Source: Elusimicrobia bacterium HGW-Elusimicrobia-1
GTDB taxonomy: Bacteria > Elusimicrobiota > Endomicrobiia > PHAN01
Reading direction: 5' to 3'
Length of the DNA: 64,000 bases
Assembly: GCA_002841695.1 (NCBI GenBank)
Contig: PHAN01000003.1
Span: 164,849-228,848, forward strand
The notes beneath the pieces were generated by a model, which saw only the letters and a program-made list of their open reading frames with translations, was not told the DNA's origin and did no database searches. The translations under genes were made by a program, and so were the position numbers. Shown in pieces: positions 55,575-64,000 of this stretch (its first letter is position 1; the number at the start of each line of letters is the position of its first letter).

Positions 55575-56033
55575 ATGAAGTTGCTTGACTTGCTTGATAA
55601 AGAGAACATAATGCTTGATTTGAAGTCGCGGGACAAGAAGTCCGCGATCAAAGAGATGATAAAGGTGTTGGCCGACTCCGGGAAAGTAAAGAATCCGGAT
55701 ACGGTTTTTCAGGCGGTCTACGATCGCGAAAAAATCGGTTCCACCGGCATAGGGCAGAACGTCGCCATCCCGCACGGCAAGACATCCGAGGTAAAGGGCA
55801 TCGTCGGCGCGCTGGGCATATCCAAGAAAGGCGTGGAATTCCAGTCGCTCGACGGCGAGGCCGTCAATATCATATTTCTTCTTCTGGGACCCGAAGACGT
55901 CAGCGGAGAGCATTTAAAAGCGCTGGCGCGCGTGGCCCGTCTCTTTAAGGACAAGTTTTTCAGAGAGGCGCTCAAACACGCCGAGTCCGTGGATAAAATC
56001 TCTGAAATAATCAAGAAAGAAGACGTCTACTGA
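55575..56033 (+). CDS. ptsN: PTS EIIA-Ntr-type regulatory protein
   Basis: 'GIGQNVAIPHGK' active-site His region of the EIIA(Fru/Ntr) family. Confidence 0.7.
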   Translation: MKLLDLLDKENIMLDLKSRDKKSAIKEMIKVLADSGKVKNPDTVFQAVYDREKIGSTGIGQNVAIPHGKTSEVKGIVGALGISKKGVEFQSLDGEAVNIIFLLLGPEDVSGEHLKALARVARLFKDKFFREALKHAESVDKISEIIKKEDVY

Positions 56034-56078
56034 AATCAGTCCGCCGACCCTTTTCTTTCAATCCCGCCTTTCTCAACC

Positions 56079-57014
56079 ATGAACGAAATCGAGGTCTTGA
56101 GTTTTTATAACGACAAAAGAGACGCCCTTAAGCTGGAGGTAATAGCCGGCGAAACGGGACTCGGCCGTAAAATAAGAACATCCGAGATCAACCGGCTGTC
56201 GCTGGCCATCTGCGGTTTTTTCGAGTACTATCCGCGCGAACGAATTCAGATACTGGGTCTGGGCGATCATCTGTATTTATCCAAACTCGACCGGACGCGC
56301 CGACGCGAGGTTCTCGAAAAAGCCCTTGAGGGCGACGTCATACCGGCCGTAATAATTTCGGGCAATTTTTCTCCGCACATAGAAGTCGTCGAGATATGCA
56401 ATAAGAACCGCCTTCCGCTTTTCGCAACGACGGCCGAACCCTCGCGCATCATAGGCGAGGTTGTTTTTTATTTGGAAGAATTCCTGTCGCCCAAGATCGC
56501 CCGCCACGGTTCGCTGGTCAGCGTTTACGGTTACGGAGTACTCATAGAGGGCGATTCCGGCGTAGGCAAGTCCGAGTGCGCCATGGGGCTCATCAGGCGC
56601 GGTCACCGGCTCGTCGCCGACGATATAGTGGAAATACGCCGCCATTCCGAAGGCGTGCCGGTGGGCAGAAGCGCCAAGTTTATACAGAATTACATGGAAG
56701 TAAGGGGTCTCGGCATAATAGACGTAATCAACGTTTTCGGCATAAGCGCGGTGCTTGAAAAAGCCGACATCGACCTTGTGATAAGATTCGAGGAGTGGGA
56801 CCCGGCCAAAACGTACGAGCGGCTGGGGCTCGACGAGCAGACGACGGAAATACTCAATATTGCCATCCCATATTTGGTTCTTCCCGTGAAGCCCGGCCGC
56901 GACCTGCCCATATTGGTCGAAGTCGCCGCGCTTAACCAGCACTTGAAGAACCGCGGAATAAACTCGGCCACTATTTTGCAGGAACGGCTCATTAAAACGC
57001 TTTCGTCCAAATAA
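56079..57014 (+). CDS. hprK: HPr kinase/phosphorylase
   Basis: 'GVLIEGDSGVGKSECAMGLIRRGHRLVADD' P-loop and capping motif. Confidence 0.8.
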   Translation: MNEIEVLSFYNDKRDALKLEVIAGETGLGRKIRTSEINRLSLAICGFFEYYPRERIQILGLGDHLYLSKLDRTRRREVLEKALEGDVIPAVIISGNFSPHIEVVEICNKNRLPLFATTAEPSRIIGEVVFYLEEFLSPKIARHGSLVSVYGYGVLIEGDSGVGKSECAMGLIRRGHRLVADDIVEIRRHSEGVPVGRSAKFIQNYMEVRGLGIIDVINVFGISAVLEKADIDLVIRFEEWDPAKTYERLGLDEQTTEILNIAIPYLVLPVKPGRDLPILVEVAALNQHLKNRGINSATILQERLIKTLSSK

Positions 57015-57042
57015 ATTTTTCGGGACGCCGGAGAACAACATA

Positions 57043-57136
57043 CTTTGTCATTGGGTAGGGGCGCCCCCCTGTGGTCGCCCTGATAATAGGGCAGACACGG
57101 GGGCCTGCTCCTACAAAAATTATGTCCTCGCAATGG
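57043..57136. repeat. MITE-like inverted-repeat element, copy c (more diverged)
   Basis: ttgtcattgggtagg ... ctacaaaaattatgtcctcgcaatgg; shares ctacaaaa..tcctcgcaatg with copy b. Confidence 0.45.
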
Positions 57137-57249
57137 TGTGTGGGATAGTAGTGTGAGCTTTGTAGTGTGAACTTTTAAGTTCGCTTTCGTCGGAGCCCCG
57201 ATAAATCGGGGCGCTACATTTGGCTAAAAATAGGTTTTTCAACAATCTC

Positions 57250-58098
57250 ATGATAAAAAAACTCAACATAATTACAGGTCTTTCCGGCGCGGGAAAAACC
57301 CTTGCTCTTAAAATACTCGAAGATATAGGTTTTTATTGCGTCGACAATCTTCCCGCCCAGATGGCCGAGAGTTTCGCCGCCTGGCTGGAAAAGCCCGGCT
57401 CCCCGAAAGAGGCCGCCATAGTAATGGATGTAAGAGGTATCGATGCCCGCAGCGGATTTGTCCCCGCCCGCTCGTCCGCCGTAAAACCGTATGTTATTTA
57501 TCTTGAATCCGATACGGCCACTCTTCTTGAAAGATACAGAGTAACCCGCCGCAGACATCCTTTGGGCGGCGACATTAAAACGGCCGTGGATCGCGAGCGC
57601 CAAATGCTTGCGGCAGTCAAAAAGCGCGCGGACGTAGTGGTGGACACCTCGAATCTGACCGCGCCGGAACTCAAGAATATTCTGGAAAAAAATCTGGGAG
57701 TGGCGCGTCGCGGCGGGCTGTCCGCCAGAATTATTTCGTTCGGTTACAAATTCGGCGTCCCGCCCGAGTGCGATTTGGTTTTCGACGTGCGGTTCATGAA
57801 AAATCCGAATTATGTCAAGAAGTTCAAGTATCTGACGGGCGCCGAATCTTCCGTCGCCAAATATGTTTTCGGCGACAAAGATTCACTGCGGTTCATGAAG
57901 ATATTGGAACGCATGATGTCGTTTCTTGTGCCGCGCTATGTGCGCGAGGGGAAAAACTACCTTGCGGTGGGCATCGGCTGTACGGGCGGTCATCATCGTT
58001 CGGTGGCCGTGGCCCGCAGGGTAGCCGATATTTTATCGCATCTTGGCTGTCAGGCGACGGTCTTTCACAGGGACTCCAAAAAACCGCTGCACGAATAA
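57250..58098 (+). CDS. rapZ: RNase adapter protein RapZ (YvcJ/YhbJ P-loop family)
   Basis: 'IITGLSGAGKTLALKILEDIGFYCVDNLP' and C-terminal 'GCTGGHHRSV'. The track start is 57220. Confidence 0.75.
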   Translation: MIKKLNIITGLSGAGKTLALKILEDIGFYCVDNLPAQMAESFAAWLEKPGSPKEAAIVMDVRGIDARSGFVPARSSAVKPYVIYLESDTATLLERYRVTRRRHPLGGDIKTAVDRERQMLAAVKKRADVVVDTSNLTAPELKNILEKNLGVARRGGLSARIISFGYKFGVPPECDLVFDVRFMKNPNYVKKFKYLTGAESSVAKYVFGDKDSLRFMKILERMMSFLVPRYVREGKNYLAVGIGCTGGHHRSVAVARRVADILSHLGCQATVFHRDSKKPLHE

Positions 58099-58143
58099 GC
58101 GTACGAGCATTCGTCGCGGGGCGGAAACGCTTTAGTCAAAAGA

Positions 58144-59106
58144 ATGAAAAAAATAGTCGCTATCGGCGGTGGAACCGGACTCTCGACCCTGTTGAGGGGG
58201 CTTAAGGAATATCCCGTCAAACTTTCGGCGGTGGTTGCGGTAACTGACGAGGGGGGCAGTTCCGGACAACTCAGAAAGGAATTGGGCATAATTCCTCCAG
58301 GAGATATACGCAACTGCCTCGTGGCGTTGTCGAAGGAAGAATCGCTGATGTCGCGGCTTCTGCAGTACCGCTTTCGCGGGGGTGGAAGCTTGGGCGGGCA
58401 TTCTTTCGGCAATATTTTTCTTGCCGCTCTTTCCAATTTGAGCGGAGGTTTCGGCCGCGCCGTCGCCGAGGCGGGCAAAGTTCTTTTTATTAAGGGCGAC
58501 GTCATGCCCGTTACGCTTTCCGACGTGCGGCTGGAGGCCGAGCTTTTCGACGGTCGATGCATCCGCGGCGAAAGACGCATATCGGCGCTTGCCGCCGGAG
58601 AAAAAATAAAGAATATATATCTCGTCGGCAAAAACGTCCGGGTGCACCCTATGGCGGCGTCTGCCGTCCTGGCCGCCGATTACGTAATTTTGGGCCCCGG
58701 CTCGCTTTACACCTCGATAGTTACAAATCTTCTGGTGCCGGGGCTGGTCTCATGTCTTAAAAAATCGCGCGCCAAAAAGATTTATGTTTCAAACATAATG
58801 ACGCAGCCGGGCGAGACCGACGGTTATACCATGGCCGACCACGTAAACGTCGTGCGCGAGCACGCGGGCGTGGACTTTGATTACATACTCACGGACCGCT
58901 CAAAGTTGGATCCCAAAGTCCTGGCCAGATACAGCGTGCGCGGCGCGCATCCGGTAATAGACGATTTGGCAACCGGATATTCCGGCCGCGCCGAGACGGC
59001 AGTGGCGCGATTCGTGTCGGCGTCGCATTATGCAAGGCACGACCCCGCCAAACTGGCGCTCGCGCTAATGCGGATAATATCGCGCAAGCGGAGGTATCGA
59101 CGATGA
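58144..59106 (+). CDS. yvcK: YvcK/CofD-like gluconeogenesis factor (UPF0052)
   Basis: 'IVAIGGGTGLSTLLRGLK...VVAVTDEGGSSG'. Confidence 0.75.
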   Translation: MKKIVAIGGGTGLSTLLRGLKEYPVKLSAVVAVTDEGGSSGQLRKELGIIPPGDIRNCLVALSKEESLMSRLLQYRFRGGGSLGGHSFGNIFLAALSNLSGGFGRAVAEAGKVLFIKGDVMPVTLSDVRLEAELFDGRCIRGERRISALAAGEKIKNIYLVGKNVRVHPMAASAVLAADYVILGPGSLYTSIVTNLLVPGLVSCLKKSRAKKIYVSNIMTQPGETDGYTMADHVNVVREHAGVDFDYILTDRSKLDPKVLARYSVRGAHPVIDDLATGYSGRAETAVARFVSASHYARHDPAKLALALMRIISRKRRYRR

Positions 59107-59510
59107 TACCCGTAATTGTAATAAGTCACGGAAAAATTGCCGTCGAACTTGTCGGAATTGCCGGTATTCTGGCCGGCGAACAGCCCGGCGTCGACACTCT
59201 TGAAATTGCGGCTTCCTCGACGATCGAATCGGTCAAAGGCGAGGTTATACGGCTGCTGAGAGATTACGAAAAAGCCAAAGATTTCGGCGGGGCGCTGATT
59301 CTTACGGATATGCTGGGCGGCTCTTCGTGCAATGTTTGCGTGCCGCTGGCGTCCGGTCACAAAATCGCGATAGTGAGCGGAGTGAACCTCTATATGCTGC
59401 TATCCGCGCTCAAAAATCGCGGTTCTATGCCGTTGAACGAACTTAAAAATCGTGTAATCGCCGACGGCATCAAAAGCATAGCCGACGTTTGCGACATTTT
59501 CATCAAATAA
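59103..59510 (+). CDS. PTS mannose-family EIIA component
   Basis: 'MIPVIVISHGKIAVEL' is the EIIA-Man active-site His region. Confidence 0.65.
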   Translation: MIPVIVISHGKIAVELVGIAGILAGEQPGVDTLEIAASSTIESVKGEVIRLLRDYEKAKDFGGALILTDMLGGSSCNVCVPLASGHKIAIVSGVNLYMLLSALKNRGSMPLNELKNRVIADGIKSIADVCDIFIK

Positions 59511-59512
59511 TC

Positions 59513-60025
59513 ATGACTATCGCGCTTGCCCGTATAGACGACAGATTGATACACGCCCAGATCATAGAGGGATGGCTTAAGGCCGTTGCCGCCGATATGG
59601 TCGTGCTGGTCTCCGACGAGGTCGCCGTCGACGATATTCAAAAGACCATGTATTCGATGGCCGTGCCCTACGGCACGAAGATAGAGTGCTTTTCCGTGAG
59701 GGAAGCCATAGAAAAACTGCCCGCGCTGATAGATTCTTCCAAAGCCATTCTTTTGGTAATGCCGTCTCTGTCGGAAGCCATGAAACTTGTGGCGGCCGGC
59801 GTCAAGATACAATCTCTTAACGTCGGGGGCCTTCACGCCCGCGCAGGTAAAAAGTTTTATACGCCCACGCTGTCGCTGGACGACGAAGATATGGCCGCGG
59901 CGCGGCGTTTTGAAGAATCGGGGGTGGAACTCGAGACCCGTGTTCTGCCTATGCACGACCGCGTGCGACTTTTCGACGCTGTCGCGGGAATATCGTCCGC
60001 GGCGGACAAAAAAGAAAAAAGATAA
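59513..60025 (+). CDS. PTS mannose/sorbose-family EIIB component
   Basis: 'IALARIDDRLIHAQIIEGW' is the EIIB-sorbose His site. The track start is 59489. Confidence 0.65.
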   Translation: MTIALARIDDRLIHAQIIEGWLKAVAADMVVLVSDEVAVDDIQKTMYSMAVPYGTKIECFSVREAIEKLPALIDSSKAILLVMPSLSEAMKLVAAGVKIQSLNVGGLHARAGKKFYTPTLSLDDEDMAAARRFEESGVELETRVLPMHDRVRLFDAVAGISSAADKKEKR

Positions 60026-61647
60026 TGAAAAATCATTTCTGTCTGGTTCTTCACAGTCACATACCTTACGTCAGAAAGGCAGGGGTATGGCCTTTCGGCG
60101 AGGAGTGGCTGCTTGAGGGCATACTTGAGACATATATGCCGCTGCTTCAATTTTTCTTGAAAATGCGGACGCAGTATAAAGGCGCGGCTTTCACTTTGGG
60201 CATTACCCCCGTGCTTGCCGAACAACTGGACGACGACTATTTTAAGGCGCGATTCATAGAATACGCCGATGACAGAATCCGCCGCGCCCGCGAGGATGCC
60301 GCGAGATTTTCGCGTTCCCGTCAGAATCATCTCGAGGATTTAGCGCGGCTTTACGAGAGAACTTTCGCGGAACGTTTGGAAAGTTTCAAAAAAATCGACG
60401 GAGATATAATCGGAGAAATTGCTTCTTTAAGAAAATCCGGCGTCGTCGAGCTTATAACATCCGCCGCCACGCACGCTTACCTTCCGCTTTTGTCGCGCGA
60501 TTCTTCGGTGCGCGCCCAGATAAAAACGGGCATCGACAGCCACACGCGCAGATTCGGCGAGCGGCCTTCGGGTTTCTGGCTGCCCGAGTGCGCCTATCGT
60601 CCGGCGGCAATTGCGTCGCGGGACGACGGTAACTCAGGGAAAGCGTTGGATGAATTTTTGAAGGAAGAGGGCGTGGAATACTTTTTTGTCGACACGCACG
60701 CGGTCGAGGGCGGCGTTACATCCGTATATGCCGACAAGACCGGACAAGTAGTGAAGCCCTCCAACGGCTCCACGTCTCTTAGGGCATACAAGACGCGCGC
60801 TGGCGTAAAAGTGCTGGTAAGAAATCGCGAAGCCGGGCGACTGGTATGGTCGAGCGATATGGGCTATCCGGGCGACGGGGATTACAGGGAGTTTCATAAG
60901 AAGGATTCAATAAGCGGGCTGCAATATTGGCGGATTACATCGAAAAAAACCGACATGGGCGCCAAAGAAATTTATAATCCGGAGGCCGCAACCCGCCGCT
61001 CAAAAGTTCACGCGGCGCATTTCAAAAAAGTTATCTGCGATATTTTCCGCAAGCATTCCGCGGATTCTTCCGATATGGGCGTTGTGGCTCCTTACGATTC
61101 CGAGCTTTACGGACACTGGTGGCACGAAGGCATTGACTGGCTCGATGCGGTTGCCGGAGAAATGGCTTCGACCGAGGTCGGTATGTCGTCCGTATCGTCC
61201 TATCTGTCCGGAGTCAAATCCTATCCCGAGGTTGATATCCCCGAGACATCATGGGGCGACGGCGGAGGACATTATGTGTGGCTGAACCGCGAAACTGAGT
61301 GGATGTGGCGCATGATACACGAGTGCGAACTCAGAATGGAGGGATTGCTGGATGCGCGGCGGCAGCGTTCCTCCGGCGGCATTTACGTCAGGGCTCTTGC
61401 CCAGGCGGCCAGAGAAAAACTTTTGCTTGAGTCGTCCGACTGGGAATTTTTAGTGACTACAAGGCAGGCCAGAGAGTACGGCGAAAAGCGATTTCTGTCG
61501 CACTATAACCGTTTTTCGGCGCTCGCCTCCCTGCTGGAAAAAGACAAAATTAACGATGAGGACGCCCGCACGCTTTCGGCGTCCTTCGACGCCGACGCCA
61601 TCTTCCCGGCCATAGACCCCGAAGTATTCGCGGCAAGGCGGAGGTAA
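60025..61647 (+). CDS. GH57-family glucan-branching-type enzyme
   Basis: 'FCLVLHSHIPYVRKAGVWPFGEEWL' GH57 N-terminal motif; C-terminal alpha-helical (DUF1957-like) region. Confidence 0.7.
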   Translation: MKNHFCLVLHSHIPYVRKAGVWPFGEEWLLEGILETYMPLLQFFLKMRTQYKGAAFTLGITPVLAEQLDDDYFKARFIEYADDRIRRAREDAARFSRSRQNHLEDLARLYERTFAERLESFKKIDGDIIGEIASLRKSGVVELITSAATHAYLPLLSRDSSVRAQIKTGIDSHTRRFGERPSGFWLPECAYRPAAIASRDDGNSGKALDEFLKEEGVEYFFVDTHAVEGGVTSVYADKTGQVVKPSNGSTSLRAYKTRAGVKVLVRNREAGRLVWSSDMGYPGDGDYREFHKKDSISGLQYWRITSKKTDMGAKEIYNPEAATRRSKVHAAHFKKVICDIFRKHSADSSDMGVVAPYDSELYGHWWHEGIDWLDAVAGEMASTEVGMSSVSSYLSGVKSYPEVDIPETSWGDGGGHYVWLNRETEWMWRMIHECELRMEGLLDARRQRSSGGIYVRALAQAAREKLLLESSDWEFLVTTRQAREYGEKRFLSHYNRFSALASLLEKDKINDEDARTLSASFDADAIFPAIDPEVFAARRR

Positions 61648-61653
61648 AAAAAT

Positions 61654-63807
61654 ATGTCACGCACAACGTTTCTCCTGGGCATACACAATCATCAGCCCGT
61701 GGGAAATTTTTCCGAAGTGTTCGAAGCCGGATACCGCCTTTCATACGGACCTTTCATGGAGATGATGAAGAAGTTTCCCAAAATGAAATGGTCGCTGCAT
61801 TTAAGCGGGATACTTTGGGATTTTATGCGCGATAAGCATCCGGAGTATATCGCCGCGGCAAAAAAAATGTGCGACGACGGACGTCTGGAAATTCTTTCCG
61901 GCGGTTATTACGAGCCCATCCTTGCGGTCATTCCCGACCGGGATAAGGCGGCGCAGCTTAAAAAACTCGGCGGATTCATAAAAAATAATTTCGGCCAGTC
62001 GCCCAGAGGCATTTGGCTTACGGAAAGAATCTGGGAGCCCGCCCTGCCCAAATTTCTTGCTTCCGAAGGAATAGAATATACCCTTACGGATGATTATCAT
62101 TTTACGTCCGCCGGAATGCAGGAGGACTCGCTGCGCGGTTATTATGTAACCGAAGACGAGGGATTCAAACTGAACATATTTCCGATATCGCAAAAACTCC
62201 GGTATTATGTGCCTTTTGAAAACGTAAGCAAGTCGATGTACCTTTTTTCCGCGGCGCGGCCTTTTGATTCGGCATTGAGTATGGGCGACGACGGCGAGAA
62301 GTTCGGCATGTGGCCCAAAACCCACGATCACGTCTACGGGAAAGGCGGCGACTTGGAATCCGGATGGCTTTTCAGGTTTTTGTCGGCGATAGAAAAAAAC
62401 TCGTCATGGCTGGGCACCGACACTTATTCGGGTTTTATGGACTCTCATCGCCCGACGGGCCGTGTCTATCTTCCGTCGGCGTCGTATTTTGAAATGTCGG
62501 AATGGACGCTTCCTCCCGCCGCGCAGCTTGAGCTTGAAAATATTATCCGCGCCGCCGGCTCGGATTCGCGGCTTGCCGCCGCCCGCAAGTTTTTGCGCGG
62601 CGGATTTTGGCGCAATTTCCTGACCAAATATCCTGAGTCGAACAATATGCACAAGAAAATGCTTCGCGTTAGCGAGCGTATCGCCGCCGCTTCCGCGTTG
62701 ACGGATACCCGCGTCCGCGCGCGCGGAGCCGCCGTCGCGGCTAAAAAATCGGCCGCAGTTCGGAAGGCGGCGCTCTCTAATGCCGCGGATCATCTTTACG
62801 CGGCGCAGTGCAACTGCGCTTACTGGCACGGCGTATTCGGCGGGCTTTATCTGCCGCATCTGCGCAAAGCCGTTTACGAGGAACTTGTGCTCGCCGAGAA
62901 AGCCATCGCGTCCGGCGGAATGCGTATCGGCGCCGCCGACATCGACAAGGACGGCCGCGACGAAATAGCAGCGGAGTCGCCGTCGCAAAATCTGTATTTC
63001 AGCCCCGCCCGAGGCGGAACGCTTTATGAGTGGGACGTTTTCAATCCGGCGGCGAATATGCTCAATGTCCTGACCCGTCGCTATGAGTCCTACCACGAAA
63101 GAATCAAAGATGCCGTGGCGGCGGAGGGCGCGTCTCACGACGGCGACGGAGCATCGAGCATACACGGCGTCGTCAAAATGAAGGAAAAAAATCTCGAACG
63201 CTATCTCAATTACGATTGGTACGACAGAGCGTCGCTTATGGACCATTTCCTGTCGCCGCGCGTCTCGTTCGAGGATTTCAGACGCTGCCGCTTCACCGAT
63301 AGCGGCGATTTTACGCTGGAACCCTACACGGCCGAAATTGCCGACGGCCGCATAACCTTCAAAAGGACCGGCTCGGTGCGCACGTCCGCCGGCATTCGTA
63401 AAGTGCTCGTGGAAAAAACGCTGAAACCATCGGGAACGTCCGCCGAATTTACGGCGCATTATAAAATTACCAATCTATCCGCCGAGCCCGCGGATATTAC
63501 GTTCGCCTCGGAATTCAATCTGGCGTTTTTTGCCGATTTTCCGGCCAAAGAAATTACGGCAGTCGATTCTCTGAGTATCCCCGATAAAGTTACGGGACTT
63601 ACATTTACCGCCGGCATCAGCGCGGGAACGGACATCTGGCTTTTCCCGGTTGAAACCGTTTCTCTTTCCGAGGATGGTTTCGAGCGCACGCTGCAGGGCG
63701 GCTGCGCGCTTTTCATAAGACGCTCGCACGGACTGAAACACGGCGAATCTATGTCATTTGACGGTAAATTCGCGTTCGTGCCGACGGCCTCGGAGCCGCC
63801 GCGATGA
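61654..63807 (+). CDS. GH57-family alpha-amylase / 4-alpha-glucanotransferase-type enzyme
   Basis: 'FLLGIHNHQPVGNF...SLHLSGILWDF' and 'GYYEPIL' GH57 motifs. Confidence 0.7.
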   Translation: MSRTTFLLGIHNHQPVGNFSEVFEAGYRLSYGPFMEMMKKFPKMKWSLHLSGILWDFMRDKHPEYIAAAKKMCDDGRLEILSGGYYEPILAVIPDRDKAAQLKKLGGFIKNNFGQSPRGIWLTERIWEPALPKFLASEGIEYTLTDDYHFTSAGMQEDSLRGYYVTEDEGFKLNIFPISQKLRYYVPFENVSKSMYLFSAARPFDSALSMGDDGEKFGMWPKTHDHVYGKGGDLESGWLFRFLSAIEKNSSWLGTDTYSGFMDSHRPTGRVYLPSASYFEMSEWTLPPAAQLELENIIRAAGSDSRLAAARKFLRGGFWRNFLTKYPESNNMHKKMLRVSERIAAASALTDTRVRARGAAVAAKKSAAVRKAALSNAADHLYAAQCNCAYWHGVFGGLYLPHLRKAVYEELVLAEKAIASGGMRIGAADIDKDGRDEIAAESPSQNLYFSPARGGTLYEWDVFNPAANMLNVLTRRYESYHERIKDAVAAEGASHDGDGASSIHGVVKMKEKNLERYLNYDWYDRASLMDHFLSPRVSFEDFRRCRFTDSGDFTLEPYTAEIADGRITFKRTGSVRTSAGIRKVLVEKTLKPSGTSAEFTAHYKITNLSAEPADITFASEFNLAFFADFPAKEITAVDSLSIPDKVTGLTFTAGISAGTDIWLFPVETVSLSEDGFERTLQGGCALFIRRSHGLKHGESMSFDGKFAFVPTASEPPR

Positions 63808-64000
63808 ACGAGATAGTGTTTGCCCTCGTCGGAGCTTTTCTTGCCATGGACGCGGTTGTCTTCGGACAGTTCGGTTTTTCAAGGCCCATAGTTTGCGGGC
63901 CCGTGGCGGGATTTCTGGTGGGCGACCCTGTTATGGGTCTTAGAGTCGGCGTGATTCTTGAGCTTATCTGGATCAATACGATTCCCATAGGAACGACTCT
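63804..64000 (+). CDS. PTS mannose-family IIC-like membrane protein, 3'-truncated at window edge
   Basis: ATGA overlap with the upstream stop. Hydrophobic 'MNEIVFALVGAFLAMDAVVFGQFGF...', consistent with a ManY-type N-terminus. Confidence 0.4.
   Translation, partial: MNEIVFALVGAFLAMDAVVFGQFGFSRPIVCGPVAGFLVGDPVMGLRVGVILELIWINTIPIGTT

Noticed and set aside
62404-63459. 351-aa minus-strand ORF
   Set aside because: Antisense to the GH57 enzyme gene; the translation is Arg/Gly/Ala-rich and repetitive, with no motif.

Overview
This 64-kb window comes from a high-GC, LPS-producing (Gram-negative-type) bacterium, probably an uncultivated lineage. The plus strand carries nearly all the real genes. 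Most long minus-strand ORFs in the track are high-GC antisense artefacts. The first 21 kb is accessory DNA. It holds a DNA methyltransferase plus an Mrr-like nuclease, and a paralogous family of secreted coiled-coil/outer-membrane beta-barrel proteins. Those paralogs share a promoter–leader–hairpin module, present four times in this stretch; two copies abut foreign DNA immediately after the hairpin T-tract. It also holds an SRA-HNH (type IV-like) nuclease with a DEDDh exonuclease and an XRE regulator, and an S8 protease with a T9SS-type C-terminal domain next to a PorP/SprF-like outer-membrane protein. Finally, a visibly AT-rich cargo islet (PD-(D/E)xK-like protein, a 325-aa unknown, a Zn-ribbon SAM-methyltransferase-like protein, a DUF1848-like Cys-cluster protein and a MerR-like protein) ends in a small basic ORF, an excisionase and a tyrosine integrase whose 3' end reads into tRNA-Ser(GCU). 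From 21.4 to 41.9 kb lies an LPS-core and glycolipid-modification cluster: three GT9 heptosyltransferases, two DUF4254-like small proteins, an LTA-synthase/sulfatase, an O-antigen-ligase-like protein, GT4/GT2 enzymes, an ArnC/ArnD/ArnT-like triad plus two more ArnT-like GT39/83 proteins, sugar-nucleotide enzymes, lpxK, gmhB and a LysM protein. An AT-rich mazEF islet follows. The last third is core: kdsA, a transaldolase-like gene, kdsD, a heptose kinase, kdsB, pyrG, kdsC, lpxL, lptCAB, hpf-ptsN-hprK-rapZ-yvcK (no rpoN), PTS mannose-type EIIA/EIIB, two GH57 glucan enzymes and a partial PTS IIC. Three copies of a MITE-like inverted-repeat element (GTCATTGCGA…TCCTCGCAATGAC) lie in intergenic gaps. 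No CRISPR array and no rRNA were seen.
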